Shown: positions 1 to 9,260 of the stretch, in pieces | Numbering within the stretch: the first letter of the stretch is position 1 | Layout: the number at the start of each line of letters is the position of its first letter | Assembly: GCA_965216325.1 (NCBI GenBank) | Contig: OZ244160.1 | Coordinates: 672,001-736,000, forward strand | Source of the DNA: Coraliomargarita sp. | GTDB lineage: Bacteria; Verrucomicrobiota; Verrucomicrobiia; Opitutales; Coraliomargaritaceae | Direction: 5' to 3' | DNA: 64,000 nt | The notes under the pieces: model-generated | Seen by the model: only the letters and a program-made list of their open reading frames with translations | Databases searched by the model: none | What the model was told of the DNA's origin: nothing | Position numbers and translations under genes: made by a program

Positions 1-767
1 TCACCGTCTTGCATGAGTAGGCTCACTCCATTCTCATGCCTCTGGATGGTTTGCGGCGCCGCGTTGAGTTGTGGTGGATGTTTGAAGGTTTTGAGCATGG
101 CTTGCACGTAGGTGCGTGAGCCGCCTTTGACGTATTTCCACTGTGGTCGGTTGGTCAGGCGCAAGAGTCCATGATTCTCCAGAAAGTGTAGATAGGGCTG
201 GGCTGGAAACTCGCGTAGCTCTTGAATCGGAGACGACCAAATTGCGGCCCCCATGGGATAGAGGTAGTGATGCAGGAAGGCCTGACCGAATTTTCGCTCG
301 TCGCAGTAGTCACCTAATGTGCGGCCTGCCAAATAGCCGGATTGTAAGTCTCGGTAGCCCACTTTAGCAAAGCGCCAGAGATCGCTCACGAAGGCCAGGT
401 GAGCGGGCTTGAAATAGTAGCCAAGAGATGGGAAAAGGCTGCCGATCGAATTGCCCGAGTAGGCATAGCCACTCACTGTGTCATTGAAACTGAAGGTCAT
501 TGAACTGTCCGCGAGTTCGACCTTCAATTGTCGAAGCACTTCTGTGAAGTGCGGATAGTTTCGATGGTTCATTACGATGAACCCGGTATCAACGGGAGTG
601 CCTGCGTCGGGCCCATCCGTGATGTCCAATGTGCGTGTGTGGCCACCAGGATAATCATTCTTTTCGAAGAGGTGAACTTCGTGTTTGCGGCTGAGCAGCC
701 AAGCCGCAGTTAGACCCGCAACGCCGCATCCGATGACAGCGATTTTCAAGGGAGAATCTGTTTGCAT
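1..767 (-). CDS. FAD-dependent oxidoreductase, amine-oxidase-like (runs off the window start)
   Basis: Not in the ORF track. Manual translation from ATG at 767 gives MQTDSPLKIAVIGCGVAGLTAAWLLSRKHEVHLFEK...GGH...VDTGFIVMNHRNYP...PMGAAIWS...FLENHGLL...GGSRTYV. This has a Rossmann GxGxxG and the signature of the family found beside cfa-like genes. Confidence 0.9.
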   Translation of the reverse strand, partial: MQTDSPLKIAVIGCGVAGLTAAWLLSRKHEVHLFEKNDYPGGHTRTLDITDGPDAGTPVDTGFIVMNHRNYPHFTEVLRQLKVELADSSMTFSFNDTVSGYAYSGNSIGSLFPSLGYYFKPAHLAFVSDLWRFAKVGYRDLQSGYLAGRTLGDYCDERKFGQAFLHHYLYPMGAAIWSSPIQELREFPAQPYLHFLENHGLLRLTNRPQWKYVKGGSRTYVQAMLKTFKHPPQLNAAPQTIQRHENGVSLLMQDG

Positions 768-779
768 ACGAGTAATAAG

Positions 780-898
780 GGTAGGGCTGTCTCGCTGAGG
801 CAGCCGTTGGGCAATGATGCCTGAAATTGGTGATCCACTATGGCTTGGTGACTCTTATCAACATGGGCGAACGACAGCCTCGGCGAGGCTGCCCTACC
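780..898. repeat. GTAG-type REP doublet (inverted pair)
   Basis: GGTAGGGCTGTCTCGCTGAGGCAGCCGTT at 780-808 and an inverted copy at 870-898. Near-identical units lie at 59210-59238 and 59332-59360. Confidence 0.8.
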
Positions 899-906
899 AA
901 AATAAA

Positions 907-1935
907 TTAATTGGCCTGATCGGGTTTGCTGAAACGGTAGTGCATCACGCACCACTCATTTCCATCACGATAGGCGAATAGTTCAGAACATGCCATATAG
1001 AAAATGCGCCATCGCTGCAGCCAGACCTTGGCCTGCTTACCATAGCAGTCGCGGAAGAGCCTGAGCACTTCGGTTTCGTTTTGATCCTGGAGTTGTAGCC
1101 AGGTTTCAAGGGTTTTGCTGTAGTGTAGCCCGTTGACCTCCCAGCGTTCTTCTTCCTCCAAGATGCCTTTGGCTGCGGTCGGCAGCAGGTCGGCGGATGG
1201 CATGATTCCTCCAGTGAAAAAGTATTTCGACATCCAGTCCTTACTACTGCGTGGTTCAAACAGATAGCAGTGTTGCTTGTTGGCGAACACGTGCAGGAAC
1301 ACTTTGCCTCCCGGGTGTAGCCAATCGGTGATGCGCCCAAAGAGCTGACGGTGATTGCGGACATGTTCAAACATTTCGACGGATACAATGCGATCAAAGC
1401 GTCCTTGCGGAATGAACTCGTTGATGTCGCAAGTGATGACTCTCAAGTTACGCAGCCCACGTACTTTTGCCTGAGCATCAATGTAGGACTTTTGTGAGTG
1501 GGAGTTGCTAATGGATACGATCTCGCTGCCCGGGTAATGGGCAGCCATCCATAGACTGAGTGAGCCCCAGCCGCAGCCGAGTTCGAGAATACTTTGGCCA
1601 TTGCGGATTTGGGCACGTTCGCAGCTGAGTTGCAGCATGGCCATCTCTGCGGATTCAAGGCTGTGGCAGTCCTGACTCCAATAGCCACTACTGTATTTTA
1701 GATGGGGGCCGAGCACCAACTGGAAGTAGGGAGCGGGCACTTCATAATGCTGCTCATTTGCAGCATCGGTTTGCTCGGCGATAGGACGTTGACTCAGATC
1801 GTCGACCCATTGCTCCGCAGTGCGGGGGGATGCCTCCAGTTGCTCGATACGTTCCTTCAAGAGCTTGCCGATCCCAATGCGGATTAGGGCGTCATTGAGA
1901 AGGCGGTGCTCGGCTAAATTGATGGCTAGGTTCAT
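907..1935 (-). CDS. SAM-dependent methyltransferase, cyclopropane-fatty-acyl-phospholipid synthase-like
   Basis: Motifs ANEQHYE, LKYSS, ILELGCGWGS, IVSVEMFEH, FFTGGIMPS. ATG 1935 is preferred over GTG 1968. Confidence 0.85.
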   Translation of the reverse strand: MNLAINLAEHRLLNDALIRIGIGKLLKERIEQLEASPRTAEQWVDDLSQRPIAEQTDAANEQHYEVPAPYFQLVLGPHLKYSSGYWSQDCHSLESAEMAMLQLSCERAQIRNGQSILELGCGWGSLSLWMAAHYPGSEIVSISNSHSQKSYIDAQAKVRGLRNLRVITCDINEFIPQGRFDRIVSVEMFEHVRNHRQLFGRITDWLHPGGKVFLHVFANKQHCYLFEPRSSKDWMSKYFFTGGIMPSADLLPTAAKGILEEEERWEVNGLHYSKTLETWLQLQDQNETEVLRLFRDCYGKQAKVWLQRWRIFYMACSELFAYRDGNEWCVMHYRFSKPDQAN

Positions 1936-2005
1936 TGGCAGATATAGTTGTGTAAATATAACGCTCACGGGGCTTTAATACTTACAACTGCAGTGGCTGA
2001 TTTTG

Positions 2006-2088
2006 GGTAGCGCGGCCGCGTCTTGAGGCGCATTATGTTCAAGCTCCATCGTTTCGCCTAGTGCGGTGCGAGACGCACCTGCTCTACC
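2006..2088. repeat. GTAG-type REP doublet (second subfamily)
   Basis: GGTAGCGCGGCCGCGTCTTG... at 2006 and an inverted GGTAGAGCAGGTGCGTCTCGCACCGCA at 2062-2088. A related copy lies at 59177-59203. Confidence 0.7.
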
Positions 2089-2139
2089 ACCATGTTACGA
2101 CAAAATGTAAGGTCGTCCATGCACCACCGAATACTTCCT

Positions 2140-2742
2140 ATGAAACTATTTGTTCAGCTTCAGCACATGCTGCTGTTTCCTTTAGCACTCTTTCTCACTA
2201 GCTGCTCCTCTTCTGAAAACATGCACACACAGACTGTTCCAGATGCTGCTTACACGATGGCGCTTGAGACGTCCGATCCATCCAAGTTCAACTTGCCTGA
2301 GCCCGGTTCTCAAGCTGAGGCTGAAATGCTACAGGGCATTCAAGACTTGTTCAGCACCTATACCTACGAGAATCTGGATGTGAACACGCAGAAGGTCTAT
2401 GCGGATGAAGTCTACTTCAGAGATGCGTTCCGTCTGATCACCAACTCCGCGGATCTACGCGACTACATGTTGCATGGTCTCAAGCCCTTGGAGGGCGCGG
2501 AATTTATCTTTAATGATGTGGCGCGCAGTGGTGGTGATTTTTATCTGAATTGGACGATGCGACTCGACTTTAAGAAAACCCCAACGGGCACATGGGAAGA
2601 GTCGATCGGCATGACACGCATACGCTTCAACTCGGAAGGACAGGTTATTTTTCATCAGGACTTTTGGGATCCGACGGATATTGTGTATCGCCGCATCCCG
2701 ATCGCTCGCGGTCTAATTGGTTACGTTAAAAAGAAGCTTTGA
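2140..2742 (+). CDS. SnoaL/NTF2-like family protein, probable lipoprotein
   Basis: Lipobox-like FLTSC; motifs VYADEVYFRDAF and FHQDFWD...YRRIP. Start uncertain (2092-2168). Confidence 0.75.
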   Translation: MKLFVQLQHMLLFPLALFLTSCSSSENMHTQTVPDAAYTMALETSDPSKFNLPEPGSQAEAEMLQGIQDLFSTYTYENLDVNTQKVYADEVYFRDAFRLITNSADLRDYMLHGLKPLEGAEFIFNDVARSGGDFYLNWTMRLDFKKTPTGTWEESIGMTRIRFNSEGQVIFHQDFWDPTDIVYRRIPIARGLIGYVKKKL

Positions 2743-2805
2743 TTTAGCCGCTATAGGTAGGGGCTGTCTCGAGCACAACGGCGGGACTTGTTCCTAGGAG
2801 CGGTC

Positions 2806-2844
<39 letters not shown>

Positions 2845-2867
2845 CAGGTGAGAGTTCCGCGCAGACA

Positions 2868-3013
<146 letters not shown>

Positions 3014-3199
3014 GAAATGGATAGGGGGCTTTTTTCAGAGATCAACCCCAAATTTCGTAAAAATGTAACTTTTCTGGATTCTTTTGAAAAAAGCTGCGGT
3101 GGAGCTTGAATGTTGGGTGCCTTTCCCTTAGCAACGAGGGCCTTATCAATAACACACTCTAACTTCCGCTAACCTTTGGTTACGTTTACCTTATCGGCT

Positions 3200-4861
3200 A
3201 TGTCAGAAAACTCCAACGACACGTCTAAGCAGTCTCTCGATCTCTCTTCACTCTCTGGCCTTGATTTTGGCCCATCTTGGACTGATGGAAAGTCTGGCTC
3301 GTCGAAGGACCAGGCGAAGCAATTCGATAAGCCGCGTGGCTCTGGTCGTGGTGGCCGTGATTCAGGTAAGCGTAGTGGAGGAGGCCCGAATCGTGACCGC
3401 CGCAGCGGCGGTCGTCCGCAGCGTAGTCACGCTGGTGGCGGTGCTGGTGGAGAAAGCCGTGGTCGCCGTGAAGGCGGAGATAGTCGTCGTGAGCGCCGTG
3501 GCGGGGATCGTCGTCCGCATGCGCCGAAGCCATTTGAGCCGACAATTAAAGTCGACCTCTATCCACAGGACGAAGCCTTTGATGCACTGGTGAAGCGTTT
3601 GACTGCCACCTCGCGCACGTATCAACTTTTTGAAATCGCTCACTTGTTGCTGGAAAAGCCGGAGCGTTTCGTCGTGGTGGTCGGTAATCTGCCAAACAAG
3701 GATGCTGGAGGCGAAGTCGCGCCACTTTACTTTGCAGTTCCGGGGCATCTGCCGTTTGAGACCGAGGAAGATGCAGTCAATCATGTGCTGAATAACCATT
3801 TGGATCTGTTCTTCGATATTGAGGAAATTGAGGTCGAGCCACCGAAAGGTAGCTTCCAAGTGGTCAACCGCTGTACGCTTACTGGCGAGTTGCTTGGGCC
3901 GCCGAACTATCACCGTTATCAGGAATTTGTGCAACGCCACTACAGCTCGCGCATCACCGGTATGTCTTTTGAGCGTTTCCAGTCGAAGATTGAGACGGTT
4001 AAGGAGCAGGAAGTGATCGATGCTTGGCTCGACTCCATGAAGAAGGGTGCGCGTTACACTTTGAAGGAGCGCGCTGAAGGCGAACCAGAGTCGTTTGAAA
4101 CAATGGAAGCCGTGCGCCACTTCCTTCTACATCACCGCAAGGACAAGGTCGTCGGTTCTGGTAGTACTGTGCGTTTTGCTGGGCGTGACATTGAGCGTCT
4201 GCCAAAGGGTGACATCCGTCGTTCAGTAGAAGCATACGTCGAGCAACAACAGAAGTTCCCGCTTGATTCGGCCAACAATATTCGTGGCCGTCTGCGTCGT
4301 CACCACTTCACCGTCTATAAGAAGGGGGGCAAGGGCATCTCTTATGTCTGTGCAGTAAAGCGTAAATTCCGCGACAGCAGCACCAAGTTCTCGGATTCGA
4401 TTCAGGCGCTGATTGAGTTCCTTGATCAGAACAACAATATTTTGGCGACTGATTTGCCGAAGGCTTATCTCAACATCGAGGTGCCACAAAAGGCGGCAAA
4501 GCCAGAACAGTTGAAGATGGCAGAGCCGGAGGCGGCTGCGGCTGAGGGAGAAACTCCCGCTGAGGAAGTGAAGTCTGAAGAGGCTCCGGTTGCGGAAGCA
4601 CCAGTAGAGCTATCGGCTGATGACAATGCGCGCCTTGAGGCAATGATGATCGACCTGCGTTGGTTGATTACCGAGGGCTACGTGACTGAGTATGGTGATG
4701 GCACTTTATTGGCTCCACCGCCGATGCCTGAACCTAAGAAAAAGGAAGCGCCTGTGACAGAGGCGAAGCCTGCTGAAGTTGCGGCTGAGGCACCGGTTGC
4801 TGAAGAGCCAAAGGACGCGGCGGCGGAAGCGGGCGATCCTGAGCCAACGAAAGAGGCGTAA
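3200..4861 (+). CDS. Hypothetical protein with Arg/Gly-rich disordered N-terminus, globular core and acidic Ala/Glu/Pro tail
   Basis: Long ORF with strongly biased codon use and no recognisable catalytic motif. ATG 3200 is preferred. Confidence 0.8.
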   Translation: MSENSNDTSKQSLDLSSLSGLDFGPSWTDGKSGSSKDQAKQFDKPRGSGRGGRDSGKRSGGGPNRDRRSGGRPQRSHAGGGAGGESRGRREGGDSRRERRGGDRRPHAPKPFEPTIKVDLYPQDEAFDALVKRLTATSRTYQLFEIAHLLLEKPERFVVVVGNLPNKDAGGEVAPLYFAVPGHLPFETEEDAVNHVLNNHLDLFFDIEEIEVEPPKGSFQVVNRCTLTGELLGPPNYHRYQEFVQRHYSSRITGMSFERFQSKIETVKEQEVIDAWLDSMKKGARYTLKERAEGEPESFETMEAVRHFLLHHRKDKVVGSGSTVRFAGRDIERLPKGDIRRSVEAYVEQQQKFPLDSANNIRGRLRRHHFTVYKKGGKGISYVCAVKRKFRDSSTKFSDSIQALIEFLDQNNNILATDLPKAYLNIEVPQKAAKPEQLKMAEPEAAAAEGETPAEEVKSEEAPVAEAPVELSADDNARLEAMMIDLRWLITEGYVTEYGDGTLLAPPPMPEPKKKEAPVTEAKPAEVAAEAPVAEEPKDAAAEAGDPEPTKEA

Positions 4862-4865
4862 CTCT

Positions 4866-4938
4866 GTAGCGTAGGCGTCTCGCCTGCGCATTTGGCTAAG
4901 GCTGCTCTTCCAATGAACAGGCAGGGTGCCTCTTCTAC
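4866..4938. repeat. GTAG-type REP-like doublet between convergent genes
   Basis: GTAGCGTAGGCGTCTCGCCTGCGC at 4866-4889 and a degenerate inverted partner ending CTAC at 4938. Confidence 0.6.
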
Positions 4939-5543
4939 TGCTCACTCTTTGCCAGTGCTTTGCAATAGATTTCGCGGCTGACCCAGGCGTCGGTCGCGGC
5001 GTAGCGGATCTGTTTGGCGTCCAGTTCTTGGCGTGCCCAATTCGAGACTTGTGCTGCCTTACTGATGCGGCCGTTGAGTAGTAGGCCTGCGAGTGCGCGT
5101 AGCCCTTTGTTTTCGTAGCCCAGCTTCGTCGTTAGCTCAGTGACTTCACCAAAGCCTGCTGGTGTAAAATCAGCCATTTTGCGTAGCTCTTTGACGTCTT
5201 CTTTGATGCCGACGCCGGTTTTCAGGATGTCGGCTGATTCAAGGATTGGGAGTAATGGCTGGAAACTTTGAATGGCTGAGATGCGAAAAAGATAGACGCA
5301 TTCGGCTGTACCGAGCTGGATGAGTGCTGGTGGGTAGTATTCGCCTTTCTTAAAAGTTGGGCGTGTTTCTGTGTCGAAGCCTAGGTGTGTTTCGTTGAGT
5401 AGCTGGGCTACTGCGGCTTCCATTGCTTCGACTGTATCCAAGACTTCGATACGTCCGTCCCAGAAAATGAGCGGTAGCTCATTGATCTCGGCTTTGGAGA
5501 TGTGCTTCTTTTCTGTGTCTTGAGGCTTTTCTGAGGCAGGCAT
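4935..5543 (-). CDS. 3'-5' exonuclease (DEDDy, RNase D/WRN-like)
   Basis: Motifs LGFDTET, LIQL, SNW...Q..YAATDAW. Confidence 0.9.
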   Translation of the reverse strand: MPASEKPQDTEKKHISKAEINELPLIFWDGRIEVLDTVEAMEAAVAQLLNETHLGFDTETRPTFKKGEYYPPALIQLGTAECVYLFRISAIQSFQPLLPILESADILKTGVGIKEDVKELRKMADFTPAGFGEVTELTTKLGYENKGLRALAGLLLNGRISKAAQVSNWARQELDAKQIRYAATDAWVSREIYCKALAKSEQ

Positions 5544-5564
5544 GAAATATGGAACTGAGGCCGT

Positions 5565-6521
5565 TCAAGCTTCGACGCTGAGTCCGTCGTAAGCGAGTTG
5601 TATACTCTTTGGGTAACCGGTGTTGTCTTGGCTTTGTTGCTGAAATTCTAAGGCTGCGCTGTGTATCTTCTCAATCTCAGTATCCGAGTAGCCCGGCTCA
5701 TGGTGGAAAATGAGTAGTTGTTTCACTTGGGCGCGAGAAGCGAGATCGAGCGCAGTGCTGTGGTCCGAGTGCCCCCAGTTCCGCTTCTCTCCTTTGACTT
5801 GTTCGAGCGTATATTGTCCGTCGAAGATTAAGATATCGGCGTTGCGGAAGAATTCGATAAATGGGTAGTCCTTTTCGGCGGACTCCGGGCCGTGTTCGGA
5901 GTCGGATGAATAGACAATCGATTTGCCGTGTTGCTCGAAGCGGAAGCCCCAAGAATCTCCAGGGTGCTCTTGCTTAATCGTGCTTACTGAGACGTCGCCG
6001 ATTTGAAAGCTGGCACCTTCCTCCTGCACATCGAATTCGATGTCGGCTTGCATGGCTTCAAAAGGCACTGGGAAGCAAGGAGCGTTCATTTGCTCACGGA
6101 TTGCCTGCTCTGTGGCGGCGTGGAAGGTGTGGAAGATGATACGGTTACCTCTGGTGTAGGCTGGGGTGAAGAAGGGAAAGCCTTGAATGTGATCCCAGTG
6201 GAGGTGTGAGACAAAAATGTGAAACGTCTTGGGGGCGCCGACGGGCAGGGTTTGGGCAAAGTCACGAATGCCGGTGCCAGCGTCGCAGAGAATGACATCT
6301 TCAGTGTTAGCGGCAATCTGCACACAGGATGTGTTGGCACGGTAAGTGCCTCTTTTGCTATGTGGGAGCTGGTCAATGTAGGCATCCAGTTCCGTCTCGT
6401 CCTTAAAGTTGCGGTCCCGTGCCTGCCATAGGGCGGCTTTCACCTTTTCTCTGATTTCAGCAGAGGTCGTTGGTGATGGAAGGGAGCCGCAAGAGCCCCA
6501 GATGATTGCTTTGATACTCAC
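5565..6521 (-). CDS. MBL-fold metallo-hydrolase
   Basis: Motifs GSxGSLP, NTSCV, DAGTG, SHLHWDHIQG, WGHS, FHHEP. Confidence 0.9.
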   Translation of the reverse strand: MSIKAIIWGSCGSLPSPTTSAEIREKVKAALWQARDRNFKDETELDAYIDQLPHSKRGTYRANTSCVQIAANTEDVILCDAGTGIRDFAQTLPVGAPKTFHIFVSHLHWDHIQGFPFFTPAYTRGNRIIFHTFHAATEQAIREQMNAPCFPVPFEAMQADIEFDVQEEGASFQIGDVSVSTIKQEHPGDSWGFRFEQHGKSIVYSSDSEHGPESAEKDYPFIEFFRNADILIFDGQYTLEQVKGEKRNWGHSDHSTALDLASRAQVKQLLIFHHEPGYSDTEIEKIHSAALEFQQQSQDNTGYPKSIQLAYDGLSVEA

Positions 6522-6665
6522 GTTCAGGATAAGCCGCGTTTATAGGGTAATTCAGCCTGTCGAGTCAAAACAAAGGGCTCGAGAACGCTCATTTTTGCGA
6601 CGATCACGTAGAGATGACCTTTTCAGGCTTTAGTGAGACGCGTTCTCGATCTATTACACTGCTTT

Positions 6666-8096
6666 ATGTCAGATTTATCGCCGTCTCGTCGTTCGTTTCT
6701 CAAAGGGGCAGGGCTCATGGGAGCCGCTTCATTGCTTAGCACTAAGGCTGTAGATGCGGTCTCGCCCCAGAAGCCGTCACATCTTGGTTCCGCTAAGAAT
6801 TTGATCTTTTTAGTCGCCGATGGCATGGGCACGGGGACTTTATCGCTTGCAAATCACTGGAAGCTACGAAACCAGCAAGCTGCTTTGAGTTGGATGGATC
6901 TATATGGTCGTGAGGGGCTTACGACTTCGATGCAAGATACGGCGTCTGCCAGTTCGCCTGTTACGGATTCCGCGGCCGCGGGTTCGGCTTGGGGCTGCGG
7001 CCATCGGGTGAATAATAAGTCGATCAATGTTGGAGTGGACGGTCAGGAGCGAACCCCCATTTGGATCTACGCTAAGCAAGCTGGTAAACGCACCGGCGTT
7101 GTCACTACCTGTCGTGTGACACACGCGACACCGGCCGCATTTTGTGCAAATGTGGCGTATCGAGATTCCGAGGATGTGATCGCGCAGCAGTATCTCGAGC
7201 GGGAGATCGATGTTATTTTGGGTGGGGGCAAAATGCATTTCGATCGAGTAGCGATGCCGGGGAAGCTTCCGGGGGAGAGGGTGCCCGCGGTCGATTTATT
7301 GTCAGATTATACAGCAAAGGGCTATCGCTTCGTGGCAGACAAGTCTGCCTTGGAGAATGCCAGAGGCGAGGGCCGTCTGTTGGGCTTGTTTGCGGAAGGC
7401 CATATTCCGTATGCGATTGATCGGGAGTATGATCCGCAACTGAGCCAGGTGCCGAGTCTGGTGGAGATGTTTGAGGCTGCGTTGCATGCCTTGAGCGCTA
7501 GCGAGGATGGATTTGTCCTGCAGGTCGAGGGCGGGCGTGTGGATCACGCGGGCCATGTAAATGATCCAGCAGCGATTTTGCATGAGATGCTCGATTTTGA
7601 TGCCTGTATTCCGGTTGCGATGAGCTTTTTGGAGTCAAATCCGGATACACTTGTGATTGTCACCACTGACCATGGCACTGGTGGCTGCCAATTAAATGGA
7701 GAGGGCCCTGCCTATGCGGACAGTGGCCCAGCGTTGGATCGGATCAATGCTTTCCGCGGTAGTTTGGAAGCGCTTGAGAAGCAGTGTATTTTGACGGGGC
7801 GATTTAGCCGCTTCGCCTTCCAGCGGATTACTGGAATACAAGTGACCAAGGACCAAGCGGATTTGATTCAGGCTGCGGTCGATGCGAAGGCTCCGTATTT
7901 GGCTGGTGTGATGGCGGATGCCGTGAAGGATCAACTTGGATTGAAGACTGCAGTCGGTTGGACTTCGCATAATCACACCTCAGAGCATGTGCCTCTGCTG
8001 GCCTTCGGCCCAGGTAGTCAGGTGATACCGCCGCTGATTCAAAATAATCAGCTGTTCCATTACATGACTCAAGCACTTGGGCTGAAAACAGTCTGA
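6666..8096 (+). CDS. Alkaline phosphatase (PhoA family) with twin-arginine signal peptide
   Basis: Tat motif SRRSFLK; motifs [16 protein letters not shown] (catalytic Ser), [23 protein letters not shown]. Confidence 0.9.
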   Translation: MSDLSPSRRSFLKGAGLMGAASLLSTKAVDAVSPQKPSHLGSAKNLIFLVADGMGTGTLSLANHWKLRNQQAALSWMDLYGREGLTTSMQDTASASSPVTDSAAAGSAWGCGHRVNNKSINVGVDGQERTPIWIYAKQAGKRTGVVTTCRVTHATPAAFCANVAYRDSEDVIAQQYLEREIDVILGGGKMHFDRVAMPGKLPGERVPAVDLLSDYTAKGYRFVADKSALENARGEGRLLGLFAEGHIPYAIDREYDPQLSQVPSLVEMFEAALHALSASEDGFVLQVEGGRVDHAGHVNDPAAILHEMLDFDACIPVAMSFLESNPDTLVIVTTDHGTGGCQLNGEGPAYADSGPALDRINAFRGSLEALEKQCILTGRFSRFAFQRITGIQVTKDQADLIQAAVDAKAPYLAGVMADAVKDQLGLKTAVGWTSHNHTSEHVPLLAFGPGSQVIPPLIQNNQLFHYMTQALGLKTV

Positions 8097-8101
8097 GTGG
8101 A

Positions 8102-8764
8102 TTAAGTGGACTGCGTGACTGTTGCGTTGAAGGCCTTACGGTCTTCGGCTTTGAAGAATGCGGTGCCGGCGACTAGCGTGTCGACTCCACGCTCGGTGCA
8201 CAGTCCTGCGGTGTTCAGGTCGACTCCGCCATCGACTTCCAGGCGATAATCGAGACCGAGTTCGTTGCGCCACTTGCTGAAGGTTTCCATCTTGGGTAAA
8301 ACATCTTCACGGAAGCTTTGCCCGCCAAAGCCAGGTTGCACGGTCATTAGGAGCACGATGTCACAGAGTTCAAGGTAGGGCTTTGCTGCCTCTGCTTCGG
8401 TTCCAGGGTTGAGCACGACGCCACATTTTATACCGCGCGACTTGATGTGCTTGAGTGTCTCCGCAATTGGGTAGTCGGGTTCGACGTGGATGGTGATCTG
8501 GTCGGCTCCGGCATCGATAAAGGCGTCGACGAACTTATCTGGATTATCGAGCATCAGGTGCACATCAAAGAACAGCTTGGTGGCGGGGCGCATGGCTTTA
8601 ATTGTCTGGGGGCCAAAGGTCAGATTTGGCACGAAGTGGCCGTCCATTATGTCGAGATGCACCCAGTCAAGACCTGCGGCTTCGATTTCGCGCAGACTGC
8701 TTTTGAGGTCGGCGTGGTCGCCGGCGAGAATGGAGGGAGCAAGGATGATGTTTTTCTCTGACAT
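8102..8764 (-). CDS. rpe: Ribulose-phosphate 3-epimerase
   Basis: Motifs APSIL, HLDIMDGHFVPNLTFG, DVHLM, MTVQPGFGGQ, EVDGG. Confidence 0.97.
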   Translation of the reverse strand: MSEKNIILAPSILAGDHADLKSSLREIEAAGLDWVHLDIMDGHFVPNLTFGPQTIKAMRPATKLFFDVHLMLDNPDKFVDAFIDAGADQITIHVEPDYPIAETLKHIKSRGIKCGVVLNPGTEAEAAKPYLELCDIVLLMTVQPGFGGQSFREDVLPKMETFSKWRNELGLDYRLEVDGGVDLNTAGLCTERGVDTLVAGTAFFKAEDRKAFNATVTQST

Positions 8765-8891
8765 GCCACGAGTTATGGCGGTGCATGCTTGGCTGGCAAG
8801 TCTTGGACGGCAGAGATTTTATTGTAAAAACCGCTTGCCATGCGGCTTGGGCGCTTACACCTTGGATTTTTATAACAAACCCCGAAGTTAC

Positions 8892-9149
8892 ATGCGTAAA
8901 CTCCTTGTTCTGACATCTCTGGCTGCTACAGCCCTCGTATTCACTGGTTGCGGTGGCGACACTGGCAAGACTGCCATGGGTCCTAAAGAAACCAATATTC
9001 TCGGCATTTATAAGCACGAAGAGGCCAACTACACTCCAACACACGCAAACACCTTTGCCATTCACACTGACGAGCTTACTGGCCGTGCAAATTACTCTGG
9101 TGACAAGACCACGCTGCTTTGGGGCTTTGTCACGATCAAGGATTACTAA
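8892..9149 (+). CDS. Small lipoprotein, hypothetical (85 aa)
   Basis: MRKLLVLTSLAATALVFTGC lipobox; followed by a terminator. It is the 3' part of track ORF 8490..9149. Confidence 0.8.
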   Translation: MRKLLVLTSLAATALVFTGCGGDTGKTAMGPKETNILGIYKHEEANYTPTHANTFAIHTDELTGRANYSGDKTTLLWGFVTIKDY

Positions 9150-9183
9150 GCCGACTTACGCTTAGATCCATTATTACTTTTCT

Positions 9184-9213
9184 AAAAGCCGTCCCCAGTG
9201 GGGCGGCTTTTTT
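9184..9213 (+). terminator. Rho-independent terminator
   Basis: AAAAGCCGTCCC-CAGT-GGGGCGGCTTTTTT. Confidence 0.85.
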
Positions 9214-9260
9214 GTTGGCAGTATCGATCCGCTCAGCATGGTTTTGCTGCTAAACTGCTG

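Noticed and set aside
8490..8891. N-terminal extension of ORF 8490..9149
   Set aside because: Overlaps rpe antisense; the lipoprotein signal starts at 8892.
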